A DNA stretch of 64,000 nucleotides from Gemmatimonadota bacterium (GTDB taxonomy: Bacteria; Gemmatimonadota; Gemmatimonadetes; Longimicrobiales; Gaopeijiaceae): assembly GCA_002724575.1 (NCBI GenBank), contig PBPC01000073.1, forward strand, positions 3,170 to 67,169, written 5' to 3'. A program made the position numbers and the translations under genes. This document shows positions 47,291-57,542 of this stretch, one piece after another. How positions within the stretch are numbered: position 1 is the first letter of the stretch; every line of letters starts with the position of its first letter. The notes under the pieces were generated by a model. The model saw only the letters and a list, made by a program, of their open reading frames with translations. It was not told where the DNA came from and did not search any database.

Positions 47291-48235
47291 ATGTCATACA
47301 CTAGCACTGCCCGTGTTGCAGTTGTGCAGACCGCGGCCATCCCTTTCGATCTCGATGCCACGGTTAAGCATGTTTGTTCCGTGACTGCTGACGCGGCAAA
47401 ACAGGGAGCTCACCTCGTTCTGTTTCCTGAAGCCTATGTCGGTGGATACCCTAGGGGATTGGCCTTTGGGACCGCAGTTGGGGGTCGTTCCGAAGCTGGC
47501 CGAAGAACTTGGGAGCGGTATTGGGCCACTTCGATAGAGGTTCCAGGGCCTGAAGTCGACCGTATGAGAGAGGCAGCGGCTGAGGCGGGTATTTTCCTCT
47601 GTGTGGGCGTTGTGGAGAGGGACAGTACCTATGGCGGAGGTACGCTCTTTTGCACCCTGCTCTACATCGGTGCAGATGGATCACTACTTGGAAAGCACCG
47701 CAAGCTAAAGCCGACAGCGGCTGAGCGTTTGATCTGGGGTGAGGGGGATGGGAGCACGCTTACTGCGATCGAGACTCCTTTCGGCAAAGTTGGTGGCCTG
47801 ATCTGCTGGGAGAACTACATGCCATTGGCCCGCATGGCGATGTATGGCAAGGGGGTTGAGATCTATCTTGCCCCCACGGCTGACTCCCGCGAGCGCTGGC
47901 TGTCTACTCTGCAACACATCGCACTAGAGGGCAGATGCTTTGTGCTGGGCTGTAATCAGTATGTCCGACGGGACATGTATCCAGCTGATTTGGAGATCAA
48001 GTCAGACCTCGAAGAGTGGCCTGAAACATTAAGCCGAGGTGGCTCAGCTATTTATAGCCCTCTAGGAGAGTGTTTGGCTGGGCCGCTATGGGATCAAGAG
48101 GGTATGCTGGTCGCAGACTTAGATATGTCAGCTGTCCCACGCAGTAAATTTGACTTCGATGTGACTGGACATTACGCCCGCCCTGATGTTTTTCGGCTCG
48201 AGATAGACGAGTCTCCTAAGCCCCCGGTAGGTTGA
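47291..48235 (+). CDS. Nitrilase (carbon-nitrogen hydrolase superfamily)
   Basis: Glu-Lys-Cys triad contexts VLFPEAYVGGYP, HRKLKPT and GGLICWENYMPLAR. Confidence 0.9.
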   Translation: MSYTSTARVAVVQTAAIPFDLDATVKHVCSVTADAAKQGAHLVLFPEAYVGGYPRGLAFGTAVGGRSEAGRRTWERYWATSIEVPGPEVDRMREAAAEAGIFLCVGVVERDSTYGGGTLFCTLLYIGADGSLLGKHRKLKPTAAERLIWGEGDGSTLTAIETPFGKVGGLICWENYMPLARMAMYGKGVEIYLAPTADSRERWLSTLQHIALEGRCFVLGCNQYVRRDMYPADLEIKSDLEEWPETLSRGGSAIYSPLGECLAGPLWDQEGMLVADLDMSAVPRSKFDFDVTGHYARPDVFRLEIDESPKPPVG

Positions 48236-48330
48236 GCACTAAACTTAGTACATCAGATATCGGATCGACTGGCCCGCTCAGGTACGATTTAGTATACTAA
48301 CTAAGTGCATAATAATGCAGATAGGGAGAG

Positions 48331-49551
48331 ATGATGACGCAGGCGACAATGTCTAGAGCGGAAGGGTTTTTGACGGAAGTCGACCGCTACAGTGCGCATA
48401 ATTACCATCCCCTTCCAGTGGTTCTGGAAGGCGGAGAGGGTTCTTGGGTGTGGGATGTGGATGGAAAGCGGTACTTGGATATGCTAAGTGCTTATTCAGC
48501 GCTCAATCAGGGGCACCGGCACCCTTTAATTATCGATGCAGCATTAGCGCAAATGCAGAAACTGACGTTGACGTCACGAGCATTCCACAACGACCAGATG
48601 GGGCCATTCTTAAATAGACTGTGCGAGGTGACAGGCTTCGAAAAAGCGTTACCGATGAATACAGGGGCTGAGGCTGTAGAGACAGCGATCAAGATGGTAC
48701 GAAAGTGGGGTTACAAGGTAAAAGGAGTGCCCGAAGACCGAGCTGAAATCATAGTTTGTGACAACAACTTCCACGGACGAACCACGACTATAGTGGGCTT
48801 TTCGTCTGAAGATCAATACAAAGATGGATTCGGCCCGTTCACCCCTGGCTTCGTGGAAATCCCATACGGGAACTCTAAAGCGCTCGAAGCGGCGATCAAT
48901 CAAAACACGGTTGGTTTCTTGGTAGAACCACTTCAGGGTGAAGGTGGTGTTGTTGTTCCGCCACCAGGATTCTTGAGCACGGCAAGGGAACTGTGCACGG
49001 CGAACCAAGTTGCCTTCATGGCTGATGAAATCCAAACGGGGTTGGGTCGCACTGGAAGAATGTTCTGCTGCGACTGGGAGTCGGTTCGTCCTGATGTCCA
49101 GATCGTTGGAAAAGCACTCGGAGGAGGTGTCTACCCGGTCTCGGCGACAATCGCAGATGCCGAATTTATGGACGTATTCGATCCGGGAGACCACGGATCG
49201 ACCTTTGGAGGAAATCCTTTGGGAGCTGCGGTCGGCCTAGCCTCACTAAATGTGATCGTTGATGAGAAACTGCCGAAGCGCTCAGATCAACTCGGAGGTT
49301 GGTTTATGAATCAACTCCGAGAGCTTGAGTCACCACATATCGAAGAAGTGCGAGGAAAAGGCTTGATGATTGGTGTAGTGATCAAGGAGTCAAGCGGAGT
49401 GGCTAGACCGTTTTGCGAAGCGCTTCACGCTCGTGGCATCCTTGCTAAAGAAACCCATCACCAAGTGATTCGTTTCGCTCCGCCGCTTACAATCGATAAG
49501 GAAGATCTGGGTTTTGCGCTCAGCCAAGCAAAAGAAGTTCTGAGCACATAG
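48331..49551 (+). CDS. rocD: Ornithine aminotransferase (ornithine--oxo-acid transaminase)
   Basis: YSAHNYHPLPVVL, LSAYSALNQGHRHP, FMADEIQTGLGRTG, VGKALGGGVYPVSA (PLP Lys), THGSTFGGNPL-like DHGSTFGGNPL. Confidence 0.92.
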   Translation: MMTQATMSRAEGFLTEVDRYSAHNYHPLPVVLEGGEGSWVWDVDGKRYLDMLSAYSALNQGHRHPLIIDAALAQMQKLTLTSRAFHNDQMGPFLNRLCEVTGFEKALPMNTGAEAVETAIKMVRKWGYKVKGVPEDRAEIIVCDNNFHGRTTTIVGFSSEDQYKDGFGPFTPGFVEIPYGNSKALEAAINQNTVGFLVEPLQGEGGVVVPPPGFLSTARELCTANQVAFMADEIQTGLGRTGRMFCCDWESVRPDVQIVGKALGGGVYPVSATIADAEFMDVFDPGDHGSTFGGNPLGAAVGLASLNVIVDEKLPKRSDQLGGWFMNQLRELESPHIEEVRGKGLMIGVVIKESSGVARPFCEALHARGILAKETHHQVIRFAPPLTIDKEDLGFALSQAKEVLST

Positions 49552-49623
49552 TAGGAGATGTGGTTGGGCTTAGCCGCAGCGTATTCTTAGGGACGGGTGC
49601 AGGAGATCGGTTTGCGTAGTTAC

Positions 49624-49923
49624 TCAACCCCCAGGCGGTGCCCAGTCGATGCTTCCTTGCTTGGAGGTGTCTATGTCTTTGCCTTCGCCGCCCTGCAATA
49701 AGACCTTCTCAATCTGTTCATACAGAAATTCTCGCGCCTGTGGTTCACGGGGGTCCAAACCATAATGGTTGATCAGCAGAGTCTGATGCTGCAGCCAATC
49801 CTGCCAGCACGATGGGCAAATTTCAGCGAGTACCCGGTCACCAAGTTCATTACGGAATGGAGCTTTATTCAGAGGGGGAGTGTCTTTGCCACATCGGCGG
49901 CAATGCATGCTCTCAGCGGTCAT
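49624..49923 (-). CDS. yggX: Fe(2+)-trafficking / oxidative-damage protection protein YggX
   Basis: CRRCGKD...PFRNELGDRVLAEICPSCWQDWLQHQTLLINHYGLDP matches the YggX pattern W..W...QT.LINE. I start it at MTAESM (49923); the track's upstream extension is unlikely. Confidence 0.85.
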   Translation of the reverse strand: MTAESMHCRRCGKDTPPLNKAPFRNELGDRVLAEICPSCWQDWLQHQTLLINHYGLDPREPQAREFLYEQIEKVLLQGGEGKDIDTSKQGSIDWAPPGG

Positions 49924-50148
49924 GTTGTAGCTCGTCTTGGATGGCCGTTTGCAGTGCGATACGAATTTATCTGAATTTACGACTTCAGGTCCCAATATCT
50001 AATCGTACTAATAGCTCCAAAGGCCATTCTCGCAATAGCTTGACTAACTTGATGACAAGAGTGAATCAGGGAAACGCTTCCGTGGACGCTTCTAGGGCCA
50101 GTAATTAGTTTTGGATACTCCCAGTTTCTTTCGTTTAGAGATAAAGAG

Positions 50149-50532
50149 ATGGCCCTCGCGAAAAAACAACTCGCGCATCTTGAGAAGCGTCTGCTCAACG
50201 AGAGAGATAGAGCCCTAAGGGCACTAGGCTTATTCGATAAGATGGCGAAGTCGGGCCGCGAATCAGTGGATTCTGATCTCTCTGTTTATACAGATCACAT
50301 GGCGGACCAGGGTACGGAAGCTATGGAACGCGAAAAGGCAGCGGTATTTGCAAGTAAGGAAGGCCGTTACCTATATCGAATCGAAGAGGCCCTAAGGCGT
50401 CTATACAACGACCCAAAGAATTTTGGTGTTTGCCATACCTGCGGTACTGATGTCGGCTTGGATCGTCTAGATGCGCTGCCGCATGCCAGGTATTGTATCG
50501 ACTGTAAGAGGAAGGAAGAGTCTGGGGGCTAA
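50149..50532 (+). CDS. DksA/TraR-family C4 zinc-finger regulator
   Basis: C-terminal CHTCGTDVGLDRLDALPHARYCIDCK; coiled-coil N-terminal part; 127 aa. Confidence 0.8.
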   Translation: MALAKKQLAHLEKRLLNERDRALRALGLFDKMAKSGRESVDSDLSVYTDHMADQGTEAMEREKAAVFASKEGRYLYRIEEALRRLYNDPKNFGVCHTCGTDVGLDRLDALPHARYCIDCKRKEESGG

Positions 50533-50550
50533 TTCACGGGAAGGGGCACT

Positions 50551-51714
50551 CTATCCTCGGTGAATAACTTCCAAGAGCGAATCCCCCACCACTGCAATTT
50601 TCCAGCGCCTCATTCCTTCTACTTCTGCTAGGCTATCGAGATTTTTTGGGTTGGCCTTTGCTACCCTGGTAAGTACTGCATTGGAAAGCAGGGTGCCTTT
50701 TGCGATACCAAGCTTCACTGCGAGAGCATTCCGAACCAACTTGAGCGCTTCCAGCAGTGCTTCTGTCTCTGGACTTGATCTCCTGCTTCCTGCTCGAGGG
50801 CGACTTGGATAAGACTGAAGTTCAGACTCCGGCACTTGAGCTGCAGACTCCAATACATGAACCAAGTCAGAACCATTGCTTCGTGCCAAACCCTTGGGAA
50901 ACCCCTTAATATCAAACAATTCTCTAGGGTGGTGAGGGTTGATTAAAACTGCTTCTAATAGTGGCCCATCACCTACGATCCGGAAGAGAGCCTTATCTTT
51001 TTCTCGTGCCAGCTTGTCCCGCCACTGAAGCGCCTTCCGGAGTGCTGTGAGCTGTCGTAGTGTCAGTTCACGGGCTCCTTTCACTCGGCTGACTGGGTCA
51101 ATCTCCTCTGAGCGTTGGGCCGATGATGATTCTTCAAGTGCTTGGCATTCTTCGGCCAACCAGGATTCTCTTCCTCTAGTGCACAGTTCGTTATGCATCT
51201 GGTCAGAGAGTTTATTTAGGTAGTGTGTGTCCGCAGCTGCATACTCAAGCATCCCTTCCGTTAGAGGTCTCATCGCCCAATCTGCACGCTGGTACTTTTT
51301 GGAAAGTTCTACGCCGTGATAGTCCTTTAGTAAACTTGCTAGACCAAGGGATTCTCGACCTAGAAGTGCCCCTGCAATCTGGGTATCAAAAAGCCCACGA
51401 AGATTGATACTAAGATCCCGCCTAAGTAGTGCCAGGTCGAAGTCAGAACCATGCATATTCACTTGAACTTCAGGACGTTCCAGTGAGGATCTCAAGAGCG
51501 GAGAGACGTCAAAGCTCAAGGCATCTAGGATGTATGTTGCAGTATCTGTGGTGAGTTGGACGAGGCAGAGACGGTCCGAGTATCGGTGGAAGCCAGCTGC
51601 TTCGCAGTCTAACGCGATTTGTGAAGCTCGACTCAGGTCTTTCTTGAGGGTGTTAGCCTGGTTCTCATTTTGAATGTAAGTATAGCTGTGACTAGTGATG
51701 CTTTGCTCCTTCAA
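50551..51714 (-). CDS. rnd: Ribonuclease D (DEDDy 3'-5' exonuclease + HRDC)
   Basis: IALDCEAAGFHRY (ExoI), HGSDFDLALL (ExoII), YAAADTHYL (ExoIII), and an HRDC-like tail. Confidence 0.9.
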   Translation of the reverse strand: MKEQSITSHSYTYIQNENQANTLKKDLSRASQIALDCEAAGFHRYSDRLCLVQLTTDTATYILDALSFDVSPLLRSSLERPEVQVNMHGSDFDLALLRRDLSINLRGLFDTQIAGALLGRESLGLASLLKDYHGVELSKKYQRADWAMRPLTEGMLEYAAADTHYLNKLSDQMHNELCTRGRESWLAEECQALEESSSAQRSEEIDPVSRVKGARELTLRQLTALRKALQWRDKLAREKDKALFRIVGDGPLLEAVLINPHHPRELFDIKGFPKGLARSNGSDLVHVLESAAQVPESELQSYPSRPRAGSRRSSPETEALLEALKLVRNALAVKLGIAKGTLLSNAVLTRVAKANPKNLDSLAEVEGMRRWKIAVVGDSLLEVIHRG

Positions 51715-51881
51715 TGATCGTTAAGGCACGCACTAAGAAAAGGTGTTGATTAATTAGGTGCTACCCCCGAGTTAGGAGTAGATCCCAGATAGCTAGGTGT
51801 TGCTCCTCTGTTCCCCTCAGACGAAGATTTGTGGACTGACTCCATGATGGGGTCTGTCTAGCCTCCTTCCGCTTTGGATAG

Positions 51882-53300
51882 ATGCTTAGAACTAAAATTA
51901 TCTGTACACTTGGCCCGGCGAGTACATCACCTGACACTATCTTAAGGTTAGTGCAGCGTGGTATGAACTTGGCTCGCCTGAATATGTCGCATGGTAAGCG
52001 GGAGGATCATCTCGCGACGATAGACTTGGTCCGCGATGCAGCAGCCCAGGTAGGTCGTCCAGTCGGAATCATGGTGGATCTTTCAGGACCCAAGATTCGC
52101 GTCGGTGAGCTTGAGGAACCAATAGAGCTCAAGAAAGGGAAGGTTGTCACCATGGCGCCAAGCGACAAAGTGCAGCCTGGAGAAATTCCCTGCGCTTACC
52201 ATCCAATTTCACGAGATCTTCAGCCAGGGGATACCTTGCTCCTAGACGATGGCATGATGGAGCTTCGCTGCGTTGAGACTGAGGCGGACCGGACAGAGCT
52301 GGAAGTAATCCGTGGAGGGGTGCTTAATGCTCGCAAAGGAATAAATCTTCCAGGCGTCACGCTTACATCACCGTCCTTGACCGAAAAAGATCTATCTGAT
52401 TTGGAATTTGCGCTTGAGGTAGGTGTCGAGTACGTCGCGCTTTCGTTCGTTCGTGGTCCAGAGGATATAACCAATATCAAGAAAAGAGTGGGCGACCAGG
52501 CTCTGATCATAGCCAAGATTGAAAAAGTCGAAGCATTACGAGCTATTGAAGAGATCCTTCCTGAGACTGATGCTGTAATGGTGGCTCGAGGAGATTTAGG
52601 GGTGGAGCTTCCGTTTGCGCGAGTTCCGCTGGCTCAGAAGAGGATCGTAGAAATGGCCAACCTTTATGCCCGTCCGGTAATCACAGCTACACAGATGCTA
52701 GAATCTATGCTTGAGCATGCAAGGCCGACGCGGGCTGAGGCATCCGATGCTGCAAATGCGATCCTCGATGGTACAGATGCCCTTATGCTCTCTGGCGAGA
52801 CAGCTGTGGGTCGATACCCGGAGGAAGCCCTCGAGGCCCTCATCAACATTGGAACTGAGATTGAGCGCAGTGGCTTCTTGGTTCGTGGGCCTCAGTACTT
52901 AACACATCCTAGTACGGATTCACGTGGGGGCGCATCATCTCAAGAGCACGCGGTTGCAGCTGCTACAGTAGATGCTGTGCGGAGAGTGAACGCACCTGCG
53001 ATCGTGGTAATCACACGCTCGGGGTTTTCCGCTAGGTTGGTCTCGTCCTATCGCCCATCGGTTCCAGTTTTCGCGGTGACCACCGATCAAGTTACGTACC
53101 GTCAACTCTCTATGGTGTGGGGAGTCCAGCCTGTTTTGGCAGAAAACATAGAGATCTCCTACGACTCACTCACAGCTTTTGGACTTAAATCTGTGCTCAG
53201 TAGTGGGGTCGGAGCAGTAGGAAGTGTGATACCAGTAACCGCTGGGTATCCCTTCCATCAGTCTGGATCAACGAACACGATGCGCCTGGAGCATCTCTAG
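51882..53300 (+). CDS. pyk: Pyruvate kinase
   Basis: MLRTKIICTLGPAS, ARLNMSHG, IAKIE, MVARGDLGVE, ATQMLESM, DGTDALMLSGETA. Confidence 0.95.
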   Translation: MLRTKIICTLGPASTSPDTILRLVQRGMNLARLNMSHGKREDHLATIDLVRDAAAQVGRPVGIMVDLSGPKIRVGELEEPIELKKGKVVTMAPSDKVQPGEIPCAYHPISRDLQPGDTLLLDDGMMELRCVETEADRTELEVIRGGVLNARKGINLPGVTLTSPSLTEKDLSDLEFALEVGVEYVALSFVRGPEDITNIKKRVGDQALIIAKIEKVEALRAIEEILPETDAVMVARGDLGVELPFARVPLAQKRIVEMANLYARPVITATQMLESMLEHARPTRAEASDAANAILDGTDALMLSGETAVGRYPEEALEALINIGTEIERSGFLVRGPQYLTHPSTDSRGGASSQEHAVAAATVDAVRRVNAPAIVVITRSGFSARLVSSYRPSVPVFAVTTDQVTYRQLSMVWGVQPVLAENIEISYDSLTAFGLKSVLSSGVGAVGSVIPVTAGYPFHQSGSTNTMRLEHL

Positions 53301-53313
53301 GGAATTGCAATAA

Positions 53314-54090
53314 GTGAGACTCACTTTTCTTGGTACGGGCACATCATTCGGAGTACCGGTTATTGGGTGTAACTGTAATGCATGCACCTCTGATGATCCC
53401 CGGGACCGAAGGACCCGCCATGGTGCGATTCTGGAGATTGATGGGGCTCATCTTCTTATTGATACACCACCGGAGCTTCGCCTTCAGCTCTTAGCGAATC
53501 AAATCAAACACATTGATGCAATCTGGTTTACACATACACATGCTGACCACGTGCACGGTATTGATGATGTGCGTGTATTCACGGTAAGGAAAGGTGATAT
53601 TCCTGCATTCGTTCCTGCCGAGTACTCGAGCCATATCAAATCGTATTTCAGATATATCTTTGATGATGAAATTCTTCCACCGCATGGAAGTTCAAAGCCG
53701 CAGGCCCGCCTTCAGGAATTCAGGGCCGGAGAGTCAGTAGAGATCTTAGGGAAAGAGTTTCTTCCGATTGCAGCGCCTCACGGATCGGTTTCAGTGTATG
53801 GATTCCGCGTGGGGGGTCTAGGGTATATCACTGATGCAAAGACATTGCCTCCGGGGGCGATAGCTGCTCTTAAGGGAGTGGAAGTACTTGTCCTTAATGC
53901 TCTATGGTTTGGCAGACCACATCCCGCCCACCTCAATGTAGAGGAGGCGATCGAAGTAGCATGTGAGGTGGGTGCGGCCCGAACATATCTGACACACTTG
54001 ACTCATAAGGTTACCCACTCCGAACTAGAGGATCGTTTACCCAGCGGAGTGATCGCTGCATATGATGGTCTCACCATCAAGGTGTCGTGA
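53314..54090 (+). CDS. MBL-fold metallo-hydrolase of the PhnP/PqqB-like branch
   Basis: MRLTFLGTGTSFGVPVIGCNCNACTS (Cys-rich zinc motif), WFTHTHADHVHG (HxHxDH). Confidence 0.8.
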   Translation: MRLTFLGTGTSFGVPVIGCNCNACTSDDPRDRRTRHGAILEIDGAHLLIDTPPELRLQLLANQIKHIDAIWFTHTHADHVHGIDDVRVFTVRKGDIPAFVPAEYSSHIKSYFRYIFDDEILPPHGSSKPQARLQEFRAGESVEILGKEFLPIAAPHGSVSVYGFRVGGLGYITDAKTLPPGAIAALKGVEVLVLNALWFGRPHPAHLNVEEAIEVACEVGAARTYLTHLTHKVTHSELEDRLPSGVIAAYDGLTIKVS

Positions 54091-55481
54091 TGGATCCCAT
54101 AAAACTTAGCTATGGAAATCTGATATCACCGCGCATCGCACTGGGTGCTAGCAGAGAAGACTTTGAAGGTGTGATTAGTGAGAGATTCAAGGAAGTAATG
54201 GCTGCGGTGGATGCTCGCAGATCTGCTGGTGATTTTGGTTTCTTCGATCTGCCTTCTTCCTCAGATAATTCGAAACACGTCAGTACGTTGGCTAAGAGTT
54301 TCCGAGAACGCTTCTTGGATGTTGTAGTGCTTGGTATTGGGGGTTCTGGACTTGGTGCGAGGACCCTGCGAGATGCCCTTCTTGGTCAGGATTGGAATGA
54401 TCGCTCAAGGGAAGACAGGGGTCACTATCCTCGACTGCATGTGTTGGATAATCCGGATCCTGACACCCTAGGGGCTCTTCTCTCGCGGATGGATCCCGTG
54501 AAGACTCTATTTAATGTGATTAGTAAGTCCGGTAAGACTGCAGAAACTCTGGCTCAATACCTTGTTGCACGTGATTGGGTTGCCAGCGGTGTCGGAGAAG
54601 AGAAGGCCTGGGGGTACTTTGTTTTTACGACCGACCCAAACCGCGGTCTGCTCCGGCATATTGCCACAACCGAAGGGGTTCTAACTCTGCCGTTTCCAGA
54701 AAATGTTAGTGGGCGTTTCTCAATCCTTTCTGCTGCGGGGCTCTTTCCAGTGGCTCTTTGTGGCGTCGAGATAGAAGGTTTACTTCGTGGGGCAGCTCTG
54801 ATGGATGATCGATGTCGGACAGATGAACTGAAAGACAATCCTGGAGGCGTCCTCGCTTCTCTCCTCCATGAGGCGCATATAAAACATGGGCAAAAGATCC
54901 ATGTTTTTATGCCCTATGCAGATCGATTAAGCTCGACCTCAGAGTGGTTCCAGCAGCTTTGGGCTGAGAGTCTCGGCAAGCATCACCTACAGGACAAAGG
55001 AGACCAAGAGACTGGACCTACACCTTTGGCAGCTTTGGGCGCGAGAGATCAGCACTCCCTTCTTCAACTCTTTATGGAAGGACCAAGAGATAAAGTAGTT
55101 CTCTTTGTGAAGGTTGAAGACCATGAATCTGAGGTGGTAATCCCGGATCGCCATCAAGACCTAGGGGAAGAACTTTCTTATCTCAGAGGGCACACTATAG
55201 GGCGGCTCCTCACTGCAGAATGGCAAGCAACAGCTGAAGCTCTGAGGAGGGCTGGGTGTCCAAATACAACAATTCAGCTCCCGGCAATCAGACCGGATAC
55301 TATGGGCCAGCTTCTGATGATGCTGGAGATTACTACAGTTATTGCTGCTGAACTATATGGAGTTGACCCACTAGGACAGCCCGGTGTGGAGTTGGGTAAG
55401 CGACTTACATATGACTTGATGAACCAAAAAGTAAGTAGTAAACCAGATACAGAGGAATCTGATTCAGAGTGGATGATATAG
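54087..55481 (+). CDS. pgi: Glucose-6-phosphate isomerase (short bacterial type)
   Basis: VVLGIGGSGLGARTL, VISKSGKTAETL, SGRFSILSAAGL, and C-terminal ...GQPGVELGK. GTGA start/stop overlap with the upstream gene (GTG start). Confidence 0.9.
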   Translation: MMDPIKLSYGNLISPRIALGASREDFEGVISERFKEVMAAVDARRSAGDFGFFDLPSSSDNSKHVSTLAKSFRERFLDVVVLGIGGSGLGARTLRDALLGQDWNDRSREDRGHYPRLHVLDNPDPDTLGALLSRMDPVKTLFNVISKSGKTAETLAQYLVARDWVASGVGEEKAWGYFVFTTDPNRGLLRHIATTEGVLTLPFPENVSGRFSILSAAGLFPVALCGVEIEGLLRGAALMDDRCRTDELKDNPGGVLASLLHEAHIKHGQKIHVFMPYADRLSSTSEWFQQLWAESLGKHHLQDKGDQETGPTPLAALGARDQHSLLQLFMEGPRDKVVLFVKVEDHESEVVIPDRHQDLGEELSYLRGHTIGRLLTAEWQATAEALRRAGCPNTTIQLPAIRPDTMGQLLMMLEITTVIAAELYGVDPLGQPGVELGKRLTYDLMNQKVSSKPDTEESDSEWMI

Positions 55482-55628
55482 ATCGATATTATGAATTGAG
55501 TGAGGTTGGTTGCTGAGAGAGTCTTGCAAACTGAGTTCAGACCTGTAGATAGGCTGCCCCGCGGTGGCTAGATTAGCACTAAGCCCCGGCCCGGGTGCGG
55601 ATGGGCCACTGTTCGTTTGGAGGCCGAT

Positions 55629-56048
55629 ATGCGTGATCAAAAAGAACTTCCCTACATCGTAATCGAGAGAGAGAGTGGGGGTGGGTTAGGAGCGTTTGTA
55701 CTCGGGGCCTTGGTGGGAGCGGGTTTGGGCCTACTATTTGCACCCAAATCTGGTGCGGAGACCCAAGAAGATCTGAAGGAACACGCTCGTAGACTTCGAG
55801 AAGCAGCCGAAGATCGCATGCGTGAGGTGGAAGATCGACTAGGTGTAGCTCGGGATGGTGCAAAGGACCACATCGAATCTGTAAAGAATGCTGTGGATGC
55901 TGGTGTTCAGGCAGCACGTGAGGCGCGGGACGAACTCGAAACTAAACTGGAAGCAACTAAGGCTGCTTACCGAGCAGGTGTTGATGCAGCTCGACAGGGG
56001 GCTCCTAGTGGGACGGACGTTGAAGATGTTATAGGGGTGGCAGACTAG
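55629..56048 (+). CDS. YtxH-domain protein
   Basis: GAFVLGALVGAGLGLLFAPKSGAETQEDLKE, followed by a long Ala/Glu/Arg-rich helical region. GGAGG lies 5 nt before the ATG at 55629. Confidence 0.8.
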   Translation: MRDQKELPYIVIERESGGGLGAFVLGALVGAGLGLLFAPKSGAETQEDLKEHARRLREAAEDRMREVEDRLGVARDGAKDHIESVKNAVDAGVQAAREARDELETKLEATKAAYRAGVDAARQGAPSGTDVEDVIGVAD

Positions 56049-56059
56049 TCGAGCTGTAT

Positions 56060-56986
56060 ATGGCCACAACCAGTTCCGGAATGTCGGCTGATCGATCCGG
56101 ATCTCGTCATCGCCGACTGTGGCGTACAGCCTTTATTTTTTTTCGTCAGTTTCGGGAAAAACTTATTGAGGACAACATCTTTTTTATGGCCGGCGCGATC
56201 GCCTTTAACGTGCTGGTTTCACTGGTTCCTCTCATCGTTCTGGGAATTGGCCTAAGTGGCTACATCCTTAATGCACGGTTCGGGGATCCTACAGATGCTG
56301 TGCTCTCGTTGATTGCTGAGAATTTCCCTCAAATATCAACTCTCGACTTCACTGAAGTGCTTAGGATTCCCGTTTCCGAATTAGTCGAGAGACGTTCAGG
56401 TTTCACGCTTTTTGGGGTCGCGTCTTTCTTATGGTTGAGTACGCGGTTAGTCGCTACCCTGCGAGTGGCGCTACGAAAGATTTTTGATATCCGTCAGTAC
56501 CGTGGGGCATTACTGGGCAAGCTTGTTGATGTGCAAGCTGTGGTCGTTGGAATAATTCTAATTGCACTCAACCTTGCCATTACGATTCTATTTGAAGCGG
56601 TTAGCATTGGTGTGATTGGGTTGGAAGGTCGGACACTATCTCTTGTAGAACGGACATTCGGTCACTTATTGGCTCTGAGTTCGCTATGGGTGCTGTTTGT
56701 GACTGCGTATAGGTATCTCCCAGCTCGCCGGATCGCATGGAGGACAGCGTGTATTGGTGCGACGTTCTCATCCCTGCTTCATGAGGTGATGAAGTGGGCC
56801 TTCTCCTGGTACGCCACGGAGCTAGCCTACTACGGGTCTATGTTGGGGAATTTGACGACGGGAATAGTTCTTTTCTTTTGGATTTACTATGGGTCAATCG
56901 TGTTTATCTTGGGTGGACAAGTAGCCCAGGTTTATACCACTGCACGCAGGGCGAGTCTAGCTGATGTCATAGGTTTCAAAACGTGA
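56060..56986 (+). CDS. YihY/BrkB-family membrane protein
   Basis: FFMAGAIAFNVLVSLVPLIVL and 6 TM helices, typical of the family (formerly 'RNase BN'). Confidence 0.85.
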   Translation: MATTSSGMSADRSGSRHRRLWRTAFIFFRQFREKLIEDNIFFMAGAIAFNVLVSLVPLIVLGIGLSGYILNARFGDPTDAVLSLIAENFPQISTLDFTEVLRIPVSELVERRSGFTLFGVASFLWLSTRLVATLRVALRKIFDIRQYRGALLGKLVDVQAVVVGIILIALNLAITILFEAVSIGVIGLEGRTLSLVERTFGHLLALSSLWVLFVTAYRYLPARRIAWRTACIGATFSSLLHEVMKWAFSWYATELAYYGSMLGNLTTGIVLFFWIYYGSIVFILGGQVAQVYTTARRASLADVIGFKT

Positions 56987-57050
56987 GACACAATCCTGCT
57001 GAGGATGAGATGGTGCTTGCTACGCTTTCACTTTCGAATAAATCCTTCTG

Positions 57051-57542
57051 ATGTCTACCCGTGGTACTGATAGTGGAGACGGCGGTCAAAAGATTGTGGC
57101 TCGGAACCGTAAGGCAAGGCACGTATTCGAGGTTCTTGAGACCTTTGAGGCAGGAATCGAACTAAAGGGCCCTGAGGTTAAATCAATTCGCTCAGGGCAT
57201 GTGTCCTTCCATGATGCGCACGGTAGGGTAGAGAGTGGAGAGGTCTGGCTCCACAGCCTCCACATTAGTCCATATGAGCAAGCAAACCGTTTCAATGTAG
57301 ATCCACTTCGACCTCGTAGGTTGTTATTAAACAAGCATGAAATTCGACGGATTAGCTCAAAGGTTGGAGAGAAAGGACTAACCTTGGTTCCTCTCGAGAT
57401 CTATTTCGTGCGAGGCTATGCTAAGGTAAGCCTAGGACTTGCACGTGGTCGGAAGCTTCATGATAAACGTGAAGTCCTGAAACGGCGGCAACAGGATAAG
57501 GATGCAAGGATTGAAGTGAAGCGTGTTATGGAGACCCGATGA
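57051..57542 (+). CDS. smpB: SsrA-binding protein
   Basis: IVARNRKARHVFEVLETFEAGIELKGPEVKSIR, LLLNKHEI, and a basic C-terminal tail. Confidence 0.95.
   Translation: MSTRGTDSGDGGQKIVARNRKARHVFEVLETFEAGIELKGPEVKSIRSGHVSFHDAHGRVESGEVWLHSLHISPYEQANRFNVDPLRPRRLLLNKHEIRRISSKVGEKGLTLVPLEIYFVRGYAKVSLGLARGRKLHDKREVLKRRQQDKDARIEVKRVMETR

Noticed and set aside
53314-54090. The MBL protein considered as PqqB, which would link it to the PQQ-dependent dehydrogenase at 1738
   Set aside because: It is not accompanied by pqqA/C/D/E, lies 50 kb away inside a glycolytic operon, and the shared Cys-rich motif is common to the wider PhnP/PqqB branch. The assignment is unsupported.
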